DNA from: Octopus vulgaris
Taxonomy: Eukaryota
Assembly: GCA_951406725.2 (NCBI GenBank)
Contig: OX597821.1
Span: 84,506,001-84,570,000 of the forward strand
Reading direction: 5' to 3'
Length of the DNA: 64,000 nt
Part shown: positions 39,747 to 52,647 of the stretch, piece after piece
How the letters are laid out: every line of letters starts with the position of its first letter
How positions within the stretch are numbered: the first letter of the stretch is position 1
Notes under the pieces: model-generated
Told to the model about the DNA's origin: nothing
The model's input: the letters and a program-made list of their open reading frames with translations, nothing else
The model's database searches: none
Program-made: the position numbers and the translations under genes

Positions 39747-39902
39747 CTTTCATCTGTTCAGCACTAGGTTTAACAGATTTGGTAACATGTATCTTGTATC
39801 CCTTTAGTGGTGACAAACTTCGAGCAAGTTCAAGAGACTGGCTTAAGGAGAAACTGTATTGTTTTTCAGCATCAGAATCCGATAAAATATATGGAGCGTA
39901 AT
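39747..39902 (-). CDS. MDC1: MDC1-like exon, BRCT linker and BRCT2 start
   Basis: DYAPYILSDSDAEKQYSFSLSQSLELARSLSPLKGYKIHVTKSVKPSAEQMK; AG/GT bounded, 156 nt, phase 1 to 1. Confidence 0.92.
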
Positions 39903-40199
39903 CTGTGATACAATTTTTACAAAGTAAGATACAATAACTGATATATACATAACAAGGTGTTGTTGTAGAATTTTAACAAAGTTCTGACAGCATGAGTAAA
40001 ACAATGGAAGATGTGATAATTTCGTAAATTACATAACACATGCAAGGCTGTTTAGTTAACGGAAAATATTTCAGCACTCTCGCCCCACTCCAAAAAAAGA
40101 CATGCCCATTTCATTTCTCTATCATACATTTATTCCACTGTCTAACAAAATGACACCCCAATTATGCTGGTTGAACACCTGCTTTCTTGAACCATTAAT

Positions 40200-40672
40200 C
40201 ATCATCATCATCATCATCATCATCGTTTAACGTCCGCTTTCCATGCTGGCATGGGTTGGACGGTTTGACTGAGGACTGGCGAACCAGATGGCTGCACCAG
40301 GCTCCAGTCTGATCTGGCAGAGTTTCTACAGCTGGATGCCCTTCCTAGCGCCGACCACTCTGAGTGTAGTGGGTGCTTTTACGTGTCACCAGCACAAGGG
40401 CCAGTCAGGCGGTACTGGCAATGGCTACACTCAAATGGTGATTTTATGTACCACCTGCACAGGAGCCAGTCCAGCAGCACTGGCAACGACCTCACTCAAA
40501 TGTTGTTTTTCACGTGCCACCAGCACAAGTGCCAGTGAGGCGATGCTGGTAACAATCACGCTCGAATGGTGCTTTTTATGTGCCACTGGCACGGGAGCCA
40601 GTCAGCGGCCCTGGCAACGATCATGCTTAGATGGTGCTTTTAACGTTCCACTGGCACAGGTGCCAGTCAGGC
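40200..40672 (-). mobile_element. Family B SINE with ~5 internal units
   Basis: (CAT)n tail, core and tandem GTGCCA..GGCAC units. Confidence 0.9.
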
Positions 40673-41689
40673 GTTGCTGTCATCAGGCATATCTTAGTAT
40701 TATTCTCGAAACTCTCACACCCGGACCTAGCTCTTACATCACTGCCGTGAGGCTGGCACCAGAAATGGTGATGTGCCAGGGCAATGCCAAGAACTAACTT
40801 TCAATGTTTTGATTCAGTGGGCAGTGTTGCAGCATTGCTACCAAAATACAGCCTCGACCACACAAAATGAAAGAAACCCTTCTTCTGTTCATTTGATCAC
40901 TCCATTATTTACTACTCTACTGGGTTCTCTCACACATATCCAGCTGGTTCAGAGGGTGAAACTACCTAGAACCAGGTTAAATGTTCATCATCAGCAAATC
41001 AAATACTCTATCTATAATCACAGATCACCAATCAGATGCACCGAACATACTAACATCATTTTTTTCAATTATTTCCTTCTAATTCTAATCACACTTTCCT
41101 TTCTTAAAAATATATGGAAACATTAAATAAATATAACACAAAAAGATGAGATGGTCGTGGGTGGAATGCTTAACTGATCAAGGTTGAAGGAAGGCATTGT
41201 TGTGGCATTGATACTAGAATTATTTAAGTGTGCACCAACTAAAGAAGTAAAAGATCTGAGTGAAATCCTTGTCAAGAATCCATTAGAGAAAAAAAACAAA
41301 AAAAACTCTCTTTAATTAGTTGTCAGCATTATCAGAATTTAACATCCTTTGTCTATGCTGACATGGATGGCAAGGCCAAAAGTTGCACCAGGTACCATAG
41401 TCAGTTTTGAGATGGTTTCTACAGCTGGATGCCCTTCCTGATGCTAACCACTTTAAAGCATACTGGGTGCTTTTTACGGGGCACCATCTGCAGTGCTTTT
41501 TATGTGGCACCATCTGCAGTGCTTTTTATGTGGCACCAGCACTAGTGCTTTTAGTTCGCTGTAAAATATTTCTTGTAACTCCATCAACAGTCCTCACTAA
41601 CTTTGGACAATCTTCTTCAATGCTAGTCTGTGATACTGAAAGAGACTGTGACCTTCAGGGAAGAAAAAAAAAACTTGACAGGGACTTAC

Positions 41690-41789
41690 CAATGAACGTC
41701 TTGGCAGATTTGCATTTAGTCAACCAAGATAATGAGATGATTGGAATACCACGTGCCAGGCAACACAAGAATTTCACAGTTCGGCGGAC
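41690..41789 (-). CDS. MDC1: MDC1-like exon, BRCT1 phosphopeptide-binding segment
   Basis: VRRTVKFLCCLARGIPIISLSWLTKCKSAKTFI contains the RRTVKFLC MDC1/PTIP signature; CAG / GTAAGT, 100 nt. Confidence 0.95.
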
Positions 41790-42023
41790 CTGAAAAAGAA
41801 TCGTAGACAGATCTGAAGATTTTGTGTCTTTTCTTGAGCTAGAGGTTATGTTGGCCATTGTATAATAACATCAGGAAGAGGAATAAATACTTGAACGTTT
41901 GACATGGGTTTATTGTTATTAGATTATAACTGTTCAGATTATTAACTTCATCTTTGGAGATGAATATCTTAAAAAAATATATCAATACTACATCTATCAG
42001 TTTGATTTCTGATCATTTTTGTA

Positions 42024-42375
42024 TCATCATCATCATTGTTTAACGTCCGTTCATGCTAGCATGGGTTGGACAGTTCGACCGGGGATCTGGGAAGCCAGAA
42101 GGCTGCACCAGGCTCCAGTCTTATCTGGCAATGTTTCTACAGCTGGATGCCCTTCCTAACGCCAACCACTCCTTCAGTGTAGTGGGTGCTTTTTACGTGC
42201 CACCTGCACAGGTGCCAGGCTAGGCTGGCAACAGCCACGGTCGGATTGGTGCATTTTACGTGCCACCGGCACGGAAGCCAGTCGAGGCGGCACTGGCATC
42301 GGCCATGATTCGGATGGTGCTTTTTACGTGCCACCAGTCCAGGGGTCCTGGCATCTGCCGGGTGCCAGTCATAGG
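42024..42375 (-). mobile_element. Family B SINE
   Basis: Reverse-complement match to 50670-50965. Confidence 0.9.
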
Positions 42376-43228
42376 ATTGGTTCAATTTCAATTCCGATTT
42401 CGATATATAACTAAATGCATACACAGTACTAGACTAGAAGACCAGATTGAAACCAGGCTACTAACACAAATGCAGGGAGGCTTTATATTATCGTCTTTAG
42501 TATTACTGATAAAGTAACGCTTTGCAATTTGTCATCTTTTTACAGCCAGGAAGACTAGTAATCAACTCCACTGACAACCACCAATTACACGCAACATACC
42601 AGATGCAACTCAACTTTCTAGAAATCACTTCACAGAGAATATCATAATGCATGCATGGCTCTGTGGTTAAGAAGCTCACTTGGCAGCCATGTGGTCAGGG
42701 TTCAATCCCACAGAGTGGCACTGTGGAGAAATGTCTTGATGCAATCAAGCAACCCTCTCCCACCAAATTTCAAACCTTGTGCCTTAGTAGAAAGGATTAC
42801 TTCTAAATTAAAGGTTATAATGTCAGTGACTAGTGGTTAAAATATACCTCGTCATTAAAACACAAAAGGTTCCTAGATTGAATCCAATTTGGTAAGAAGT
42901 CCGTTGGTGGTGGCATCTTTATCTCATATCTGAGGTTTACAGTTTTCTTTGCTGAACACTTTCTTTATGGTGATAGCACTGATGACTGTAGACCAATTCT
43001 TGCATAGAAGAGTCAACGGCATTGACTGTATGGTAATGTTGGAGGAGGATGAGGTTAATTTTGTCAAGCCTTTCTTTCCTGTCATCTGATATGCTCCTTT
43101 TCTCTTCAGGTGGTTTAAAATCAACCTTGTCCTCCATATGATATCCATACCTAACACTATTACACCTCATGATCATCAGAGAGCAAAGTGATTTAAATGT
43201 TGTATAGATGTAGATGTGTATATATATA

Positions 43229-43396
43229 TCATCATCATCATCATCATCGTTTAACGTCCACTTTCCATGCTAGCATGGGTTGGACGGTTCAACTGGGGTC
43301 TGGGAAGCCTGAAGGCCGCACCAGGCCCAGTCAGATCTGGCAGTGTTTCTACAGCTGGATGCCCTTCCTAACGCCAACCACTCCGTGAGTGTAGTG
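43229..43396 (-). mobile_element. Family B SINE 3' part
   Basis: Shares diagnostic GGCCCAGTC and TTCAACTGGGGTC variants with 49500-49657. Confidence 0.88.
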
Positions 43397-43446
43397 TACT
43401 CTGTGAGTGTAGGCCACTCCGTGAGTGTGTATATATATATATATAT

Positions 43447-43641
43447 GTAGGTCCCGGGTTGAGTCGGGGTTAACCACAGTAAATAAGGTACTCAATACAT
43501 TGCAGAGTAAATTAATTTATTTTATAGAAGGAGCTTCTACAGGACTAGTACTGTTTCATTCAAATGAAATCATCAGGAAGCTCTGCTGATGATTTCATTT
43601 GAATGAAACAGTTCTAGTCCTGTAGAAGCTCCTTCTATAAA

Positions 43642-43647
<6 letters not shown>
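43447..43647 (-). mobile_element. Palindromic hammerhead-bearing element in (TA)n
   Basis: 62-bp arms 43515-43576 and 43586-43647 (one mismatch), 9-nt spacer, extra ~68-nt tail on the left arm only; TA repeats on both flanks. Confidence 0.85.
43531..43583 (-). ncRNA. Type I hammerhead ribozyme motif
   Basis: gagcttc CTGATGA tttcatttgaat GAAA cag-tactagtc-ctg TA gaagctc: 7-bp stem I, canonical core, stem III ACAG/CTGT, GUA triplet. Stem II is weak. Confidence 0.75.
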
Positions 43648-43688
<41 letters not shown>

Positions 43689-43823
43689 TACATGTATATA
43701 CATATATACATGTATATATTAAAGGAAATGGTTCATCTCAAAAGGAGGAAATTTAATAATCCAATAAAAATTATCTTACTAACAAAGAAATTATTAATAA
43801 AACCAAAGAGAAATCAATATTAC

Positions 43824-43892
43824 CTTGTCAGTGATGAGGTGAGTACAGTAATTAAAGTTGGTCCCAACAATCCCGCCAAGTTCTGTAACAAT
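43824..43892 (-). CDS. MDC1: MDC1-like exon, BRCT1
   Basis: IVTELGGIVGTNFNYCTHLITDK (LGG and THL BRCT motifs); CAG / GTAATA, 69 nt. Confidence 0.93.
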
Positions 43893-44244
43893 CTGACAAA
43901 ACAACACAAAACGATATTATATTTACACAAAAATAGCAAACATGAAATCTATCAACTGATCTTGATTGAAGTGGAAGAACATCAGCACTAAGTTGCGTAC
44001 CTGTAAATATATAGTACCTAGAGACATGCCAAAGCAAGATGTCCAGTAATCACGTGAAACTGCATCTTTTATATTAGAGTATCTCTTTTGTAGATGGATG
44101 CTGTGACAACAGTACTAATCGTGGAGACTCATAGATTGCTACCCATGTTGTACAAGTGTCTATCATTATAATCCACTGACACACAGGTGTACCTTTATGG
44201 TGACCTCATCTATTGAAAGTCCAATGGTAATAGAACAATGGTAA

Positions 44245-44470
44245 CTTTTTATTCTCTTTTACTTGTTTCAGCCATTTAACTGCGGCCATGCTGGAGCACC
44301 GCCTTTAGTCGAGAAAATCGACTCCATGACTTATTCTTTGTAAGTCTAGTACTTATTCTATCGGTCTCTTTTGACGAACCGCTAAGTTACGGGGACGTAA
44401 ACACACCAGCATCGGTTGTCAAGCGACGTTGGGGCACAAACACAGACACACAAACATACACACCCACACT

Positions 44471-44530
<60 letters not shown>

Positions 44531-44695
44531 TACGACAGGTTTCTTTCAGTTTCCATCTACCAAATCCACTCACAAGGCTTTGGTCAGCCTGAGGCTATAG
44601 TAGAAGACACTTGCCCAGGGTGCCACGTAGTGGGACTGAACCCGGAACCATGTGGTTGGTAAGCAAGCTACTTACCACACAGCCACTCCTGTGCA
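44245..44695 (-). mobile_element. Family C SINE, full length with internal (TA)/(CA) tract
   Basis: tRNA-like head at ~44640-44690; AAAGAGTA-type tail at ~44250. Confidence 0.9.
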
Positions 44696-46147
44696 AACCT
44701 AATCAGTTGGAAGTGCACACTAACATACAACTTTTGTCTTTGTCAGTCACCTGTGCTTCAAACCATGCAGATCAGCAATGGGACTCAGTAGTCATCTGAA
44801 AGGTCACAGGATGGTTAAGTTAGAAATGCTATAGACAATAAAAAAGCGTAAGGAGATGGCAATCCATCTGTGAAGATGACGCAATCATCACACACACACA
44901 TACATATATGAATATGTGTGTGTGTGTGTGTAATATATACATGTGTATGTGTGCACATGACTTCTTTTTGAGGACCAATCTACTAATCTAGAATCAAGTA
45001 AGTAATACAAGTTTATGTTTTATTTCAAAAATTAAATATGGAAGCAAACACAAATATTATATAAAAGAGAATTAAAAGTAAATACTACGAATTGTTCATT
45101 CATTCACTTAACATGTTTTCCATCTTAGTATGGCTTGGATAGGAAATTGATTTTGCGGCAGTATTTTTTGGCCAAATGGTCTTCCTGCTGCCAACCCTTG
45201 TCACGTTTGTCAAGTAAGAGATTTATATCCTACAGGTCTTTGAAAGAGCAGGGAAACTGGTCATAATACGGACAAGGATTGTCAGCAACAGCACCGCTAT
45301 ACTCACATGATGGTAAGTGAAGTGTTGATTGAGATTTTTGCACATTCACAACACACATACACATAAATCATACGATGGGCTTAATACTGTTTCTGTCCAC
45401 CAAATTCAATCACAAGGCATTGGTTTGGCCAGTGTGATGGTAGAAGGCACTTGTCCAAGAGGCTGCATGGTGGGACTGAACTTGAAACCATGTGGTTACG
45501 AAGTAAATGTCTTAACCACATAGCCATACCATCAATTCTTTATATACATACACACAACATCATCATTTAGCATCTGCTTTCCATGCTGGCATGGGTTAGA
45601 TGGATTGACTGGAACTGGTAAGCCAGAGAACTGCACCAAGTTTCAGTCTCATTTGGCATGGTTTCTACAGCTGGATGCCCTTCCTAACGCCAACCATTCC
45701 ATATGTGTATAGATACATGTAAGTAAAGTGATTGATGTTAGAAAAGGCATCCAGCCATAGAAACGAAGCCCAAACCGAGACACTGGAGCAAACCATGGTC
45801 CTCTAACTTGTTGAACCAACCAAGCCATTCCAGTATGGAAAGCAGATGTAAAGTGATAATGATGATATAAGAGCCTACGTTTTCTTGCTGAATCTTTTGG
45901 AAATGTTACTGGTCAATGGACTAGTGCCCTATCAAAGTGATGAGTTATTCCACATCTGCTTAGCTCCATAAAATCAGAGATAAACACTAGCCCTTAAACA
46001 AACCCTTTGAGTCTGAGTAGCATTTACATGAATAATAATGTCAAAAGCTTAGTTTAACGGATTTTTACCTTGAACCTGGTACAATACCCAGATTGTACAG
46101 TTTAAGAAAACCAAAATACAAGAAGGTAAAAAACCCCAGTAACTTAC

Positions 46148-46270
46148 CCTTTGACCCTTATCATCTGTCAAACCAGTAAACATGACATTGGGCTTTAATT
46201 GTCCATTGCTTCTCCTGGGAGATATAAACTGGTTGGACTTGAGATGCTTAGGAGTGGCCATGTTACTACT
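46148..46270 (-). CDS. MDC1: MDC1-like exon, start of BRCT1
   Basis: SSNMATPK...KPNVMFTGLTDDKGQR (P-x-V-x-FTG motif); CAG / GTAAGT, 123 nt. Confidence 0.93.
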
Positions 46271-46526
46271 CTGAAAATAAAGAAAATAGTGAATCTGGTG
46301 CAAGCAAAAGCCCACGAATAATGGTAGGGGAGGGCTATGATCAATCATATTAATCCCAGTTCTCTACAGGTACTTATTTATTGAACCTAGAAGTATGAAA
46401 GGGTTGATGAATCCCAGCAGGATTCACCAAACACAGAAGATAAAGGGATGCAACTGAATATCACAAGGGATTGCGCCTGACACACTACCAATTCTGCCAA
46501 TCCTTCTCCCTTATGTTTTATAACAT

Positions 46527-46800
46527 CTATATATATAAAGATGAGAATGTCTATCTGTCTGTGTGTGAATCCCTAAAACTAGAGAACTATACAACTGACT
46601 TCATTCAAATTTTACACAGGCTTTACTTTGGGTCCATATAGTGTCATGAGCCAAAAAAATTTTCAACTTCTTGACTAATGCAAGCCCAGACCAATCTCTT
46701 ATCCCTTCCATTATTTCATTATTATGTATCAAAAGCGAAACAATAACATCTCTATTGTAATGTCAGATATTTTCACTATTAATACTGAAACTATTATCTC
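46527..46800 (+). mobile_element. Non-autonomous Helitron-like 5' part
   Basis: A|TCTATATATATAAAG start followed by CTGTCTGT repeats; no 3' CTAG end identified. Confidence 0.5.
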
Positions 46801-47603
46801 ACACACTTGATAGAAAGTAGCAGAGTGAAAGCCTGATGCAGGGACCGTTTCTGTTCTTGGGTGTCTTTAGTAGAGTTCACTCTGTTGTAAGCATTCCTAG
46901 CAGAGTTTCCATTTTAAGGAAAACTGAGGATCCGAAAGTTTATGGGTAGTGATTTCCCTTCTTTGATGTGTTCTATTTACAGTTCTATCCAACCATAGAA
47001 CTTTAAATATGTCTGAATTGTTTAAGATGTGAATGTCATGGACTATGAATGGAAACTAAACTGTTGTCTGTAATATTAGCCTGGTATTATATAACAAGAA
47101 GTCATGTGACAGATGAATGAAGTGGTACACAATTTGCTACATTAGACGAAGTGATAGACACAGAATACTCAATAGCTGTTGTTGTTTAACCCCAAGTAAG
47201 TCCATTTCCAGGATACTTATGATCAAAGGCATTTTAGCTGTGACCAGACCATCTTTTTGTAACAGACAGTGTACGTTAATGTCGTCTGCTACCTGTAATC
47301 AAAAGATGTGATTTGAGAGGAAATTTAAAAGTGGCGTTTACCACACTAAGAAACTGCTTCATTAACTCAAGAGAATCATCATCATCATCCTGTGTTGAAA
47401 AAGACAAAGAGTCAAGGCACTGTACTTTATGACATATAAGACCCCCCGAATCTCAAAACAATTACTCTAGGTCCTAGTTGGGCTTCCCTTATGCTTTAAA
47501 GCACTAAAAAACTTTTTCCCCCTGAATATGTGTTGCATTTAACAAGCCTACGTGTCTTTAATATAGTCAAATACATTATATAAAAACAAAAATCAGCACA
47601 AAC

Positions 47604-49196
47604 CTCATTATTTGATTGACTAGCAGTTCTTTGATTGTCCCTCCTTTTAGCGGGTGTCTTCATTTCTTGTATTTCAGAAGTCTCCTCTCTCGTATCCTGC
47701 AAATGACTTAACTGTCTTTTAGAGAGAGTTCTCTTTGCTGGGGTAGTTTTCGAGGGTGTGGTGGTATCAGCTGACACATCTGAACTCAGATTCAAATTCT
47801 CAGCATGATCTTTTGAAGCAGAAACATTTTCTTGTTTTAAAGAACAGGAACTATTTTGAGACGATTCTGTTTCTTCATTGGAAGCTATTTTCTTTTTCTT
47901 AGAGTTCTTTCCAGAGGTTTTACTATCTCCATCTTCCTCAGATTTTTTTCTCTTGTTTCTTGGAGTCCGACTTTGAGAATTTTTCTTTTCTTCTGTGTTT
48001 TCTTCTTCAATATTTGATTTGGTCTTCGAGTCATCCTCTTCATCTACTTCCATGTCTTCTTTCTGATTTACACTTTTGGTTTCTTCACTGGAACTTTTCT
48101 GGCAAGGTTCCTCCTCAATTTGTTTATTTGAATCTAAAGACTTCTTCGAAGATACTCTTCCACCCTTTTTACTTTTCACTTCAGCAACTTCTTTCTTTGC
48201 ACCTCGAGTACTCCTCCCTCTGCTACTCGGAGTATTATTGTTGCTCGTCTCCAATGCACTTCCATCTGGTGGTTCTTTCTCCTCTTTCACGGATTTACTC
48301 CGTGATGCTCTCCCACTTTTACGAGTGACTTTAGAATCTTCACTCACGGTATCGACATGCTGATTTGTTTTACTTGTATTTAAAGAATCACTTATTTCTT
48401 CCTGTGTTTTCTCTTTATTCTGCTTAGATTTTCCTCTCAAACCTCTCCCACTTTTTCTAGAATCATCTGCATTTTCAGACAACACTGATATGTCACCAAT
48501 ATTCTCTTCTTTCACCTCTAGAGAAATATTCTCAGTCTCTTCAACAGTTATTTCTTTAGTTCTTAAACTTTTCTTTTCTACAAAATCCTCATCAGCCTCC
48601 ATTTCACTCTCAATCGCACTTTTAACCATTTTCGTTCTTCTTCCTCTCCCAGTTTTTGATTTCACTTCCATTTTGCTGTCTTCAGAACATTCTTCATTCT
48701 TTACATCTGCCAATTTCGAATCCGAGCCTTTAGACAACTTTTTATTAGCTTTGACATCTTTTATATCTGCAGAACTTTTCTTAGATCTATTTGATGACCG
48801 TTTCACGCTCCTGACTGAATAATTCTCCTCCTCTGAACTGTCTTCCTCATCAGGAAGATCAAATCTGATAGATTTCCTGACTTTTGATTTCTTATCCTTA
48901 GAATGGGAATCAATACTTTCTGGATGATTTCTCAGTGACCGTTTTCCACTACTTTGTACTTCTGGAATTTCTACAAGTTCTGAGGGTGTATCGGTAGATT
49001 TAGTACTTTTTCTAGTATTTCTAGGAAGTCTTTTGCCCTCTTGTGAGGCTGGAGTGGGAGTATCATCCTTTTTAAGTCTTTTAGATCTCTTAATAATATC
49101 TTCCTCAATGTCATAAATGGTTTCATTATCTTCTAATCCAACAGCAAGTTCCTCCTCAGCAGCTTTGCTCGTACTGACAACTGTCACCTGAGATTC
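47604..49196 (-). CDS. MDC1: MDC1-like large exon, K/E/S-rich disordered region
   Basis: Within ORF 47496-49187; TCTCTTCAG|GAA acceptor, GAG|GTTTGT donor; 1593 nt, phase 0 to 0. Confidence 0.88.
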
Positions 49197-49329
49197 CTGA
49201 AGAGAGATTAATGATATGCAAAGACAATTCAGTGATGAAGGTCATATTTGAGACAAGTCTTGTTAAAAATCACAATATCCTAATTATGATAATGATGAGC
49301 CATTTACATACGGGAAATAAAAAATATAA

Positions 49330-49657
49330 ACCTCGCCTGGCCCCTGTGCCGGTGGCATGTAAAAGCACCATCCGATCGTGGCCGTTGCCAGCCTCGCCTG
49401 GCCCCATGCCGGTGGCACGTAAAAAGCACCATCCGTCCGTGGCCGTTTGCCAGCTCCGTCTGGCACCTGTGCGGGTGGCACGTAAAAAGCACCCACTACA
49501 CTCACGGAGTGGTTGGCGTTAGGAAGGGCATCCAGCCGTAGAAACACTGCCAGATCAGACTGGGCCTGATGCAGCCTTCTGGCTTCACAGACCCCAGTTG
49601 AACCGTCCAACCCATGCTAGCATGGAAAACGGATGCTAAATGATGATGATGATGATG
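49330..49657 (+). mobile_element. Family B SINE
   Basis: Tandem units, core and (GAT)n tail. Confidence 0.9.
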
Positions 49658-49984
49658 AAACCTCTCACATGCAACATCTTCATATTCTGACATTAAGAAA
49701 AAAACACTGCTTTTTACCCCAAAAAGGTATCTGGAGTTAAAGGAAGACATCAGAATGAGAGAATTAGGTGCATCTATTTCAATGCTGACGATCTGGTGAG
49801 ACTGACTGGACATTCAATCACTTTTGGGCAAAAGTATGATTTGGCATTGGAGGCAAACGCACACACATGCATGCAGAAATAGACACAATATGTAAAAAGA
49901 GAGCAAGCAAGAGGGAGAGAGAGAATGAGAGACATTATACACATAGATACAAACATTACTAGATGCTTGCACACATACACACAT

Positions 49985-50191
49985 AGACCGACGGACAGAC
50001 AGATAGATAGATATACAGATAGATAGGTAGATAGATAGATAGATAGATAGATATACAGATAGATAGATAGATAGATAGATAGATATACAGATAGATAGAT
50101 AGGTAGATAGATAGATAGATAGATATACAGATAGATAGATAGGTAGATAGATAGATAGATATACAGATAGATAGATAGGTAGATAGATAGG

Positions 50192-50230
<39 letters not shown>
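49985..50230. repeat. (GATA)n microsatellite
   Basis: Read directly from the sequence. Confidence 0.95.
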
Positions 50231-50231
<1 letters not shown>

Positions 50232-50671
50232 GTGGGGAGAGACAGACAGACAGAAAAAAAGAGAACAAAAGAAACATTAAAACATTCAATATTGAGTAAG
50301 TTGGCATTGAATCAGCAATGCCAACACAACTCTGCCAAAACGTCTCAGACCTGAAAGACTTGGAAGAATATTAATGAATATTACAGGAATTTGACACAAG
50401 CAAATTCCAAATCCCAGTCTTTGATGGCACAAAAATTAAAGTTTCTAACATAAGATAGAAGGTCAGAAATCTGGGAGAAGAAGCAGTTGATTGTAATTGA
50501 CCCTGGGAAGAGGAAAAATAAATCCACCCTCAGTGGATTTGAACTGTGAACATAACGGGTCATAGTCAAATACTGCAATGCATTTTGTCTATTGCTGTAA
50601 TAATCTGGCCAATCCACAGCTTAATAATAATAATAATAATAATGATTTTTAATGTTTTCATATGTTTATGT

Positions 50672-50965
50672 TTCCGTGCCGGTGGCACATAAAATGGCTT
50701 CTGTGCCAGTGGCACGTAAAATGCACCAATCCGACCGTGGCCGTTGCCAGCCTCGCCTGGCACCTGTGCAGGTGGCACGTAAAAAGCACCCACTACACTC
50801 ACGGAGTGGTTGGTGTTAGGAAGGGCATCCAGCTGTAGAAACATTGCCAGATAAGACTGGAGCCTGGTGCAGCCTTCTGGCTTCCCAGATTCCCGGTCGA
50901 ACCGTCCAACCCATGCTAGCATGGAGAACGGACGTTAAACGCTGATGATGATGATGATGATGATG
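50672..50965 (+). mobile_element. Family B SINE
   Basis: Tandem units, core and (GAT)n tail. Confidence 0.9.
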
Positions 50966-52043
50966 TTTAACTGAAAATAACTGCTCCAAACAGCAACTAT
51001 CTCACTGAAGTAACGAACAAACATATTCCTTCAATCACATTAAACAGAAGGAAGAGAGAGAGAGGCAGAGTGAGAGAGTGTGTATGTGAAAGGCAGTGTG
51101 AGAGGGAGAGAGAGAGAGAGTGAGAGAGTGTGTGCATGTCATTGGCAACCAAATTGCTTCAGGAAGTATCTCACAAAATTGCACAGCTTTCTGAAAATAA
51201 CAGACAAATTACACTCTACCATCCTAAATACTTTGGCACAAAGCTAGAAATTTTGAGGGAGGGCATAAGTCAATTATATCGCCCCCAGTGTTCAGCTGGT
51301 ACTTACTTTACTGACCTCAAAAAGATGAAAGGCAAAGATGACTCTAGTAGCATTTGAACTCAGAATGTAAAGGCAGATGAAGCGCTGCCAAGCATTTTGT
51401 CTGGCATGCTAACAATTCTGTTGGCTCACTGCTTATACCATCTTGAATATTAATGACAGACATATTTCCCAAGTTGCAAAAAAAGAAAAAAAAGTGATCC
51501 ACTTGTGACAATCCAGTTGGTTTTTTTTTTTTTGCACTTCAGGAACCATGTTGTTAATATTTATTTACCTTTGGCAGCAAGCTGGCAGAATCATTAGCAC
51601 ACCAGGCAAAATTCTTAGTGACATTTTGTCCATTTTCACACTCTGAGTTCAAGTTCCTCTGAGGTTGACTTTACCGTTCATCATTTCAGGGTCAATAAAA
51701 TAAGAACTGGTTGTGTTTTGGGGTCAATGTAATCGACTTACCCTCTCTCCTTAAATCGTTGACCATGTGCCAACATTTGAAATCAATATTTATTTACCAT
51801 CTTAAATATTAATACATAGTTCCTGAGGCACAAAACAACTGGATGGTCACAACTGGAATGCTTTTCATCATAGTCTTGTTTGAGCAGAATATATCTAAGA
51901 CAACATAGCAAGCAAGAATACTTAGACTTAACAGAGGAAGGCCTCCTTTACATGACTGCTTGATCTGCTAGAAGTTAGCAACAAGATTGTTGTGTTGGTG
52001 AAGACTTGCCTTATTCATGTCCAAACAAAAAAATGTTGTAAGT

Positions 52044-52275
52044 AGGCGAGCTGGCAGAAACGTTAGCACGCTGGGCAAAATGCTTAGCGATATTTCGTCT
52101 GTTGCTACATTCTGAGTTCAAATCCTACCGAGGTCGATTTTGCCTTTCATCCTTTCGGGGTCGATAAATTAAGTACCAGTTACGCACTGGGGTCGATCTA
52201 ATCGACTTAATCCTTTTGTCTGTCCTTGTTTGTCCCTCTATGTTTAACCCCCTGTGGGCAATAAAGAAATAAGAA
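52044..52275 (+). mobile_element. Family A SINE, full length
   Basis: GGCGAGCTGGCAGAAACGTTAGC...GAGTTCAAATCC...AATAAAGAAATA end. Confidence 0.9.
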
Positions 52276-52615
52276 ACAATAAAATGTTGTTTCATATTCA
52301 GTCCCATTATAGGACACTTTGGGCAAGTGCCTTCAATTCTAGCCCCAGGATGACCATTGAATTCAGTGGACAGAAGCTGTGTGGAAGCTCATCGTGTGTG
52401 TGTGTGTATGTTCACCCACTGCTTTACAATCAATGTTGGTTTCTTTATATCCCCATAACTTAGTGGTTTGGCAAAAGAGACTGATAGAATATATACTGAG
52501 GGGACAATTTGTCAATTTCTTTGAATAAACTCTTCAAGACAGTGCCCCAGCAAGTAAAAGATAAAAGATACAATAATGATGATGTATGTAATAATGAAGA
52601 ATCAAAGTAACTTAC

Positions 52616-52647
52616 ATTAGATTTTTCTGATGCCTTGGTCTCTAAAT
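52616..52647 (-). CDS. MDC1: MDC1-like 32-nt microexon (DLETKASEKSN)
   Basis: TTGCAG acceptor, GTAAGT donor; bridges phase 1 (54999) to phase 0 (49196) exactly. Confidence 0.8.

Noticed and set aside
40288-40797. Recurrent ORFs such as LQLDALPNANH / SWMPFLTPTTP
   Set aside because: They are incidental frames of family B SINE copies.
37698-46270. Assignment to PAXIP1/PTIP instead of MDC1
   Set aside because: Only one BRCT pair is seen, preceded by ~1000 aa of disordered sequence with TQxY motifs, whereas PTIP has four C-terminal BRCTs. The FHA domain is not visible, so the MDC1 call is not fully closed.
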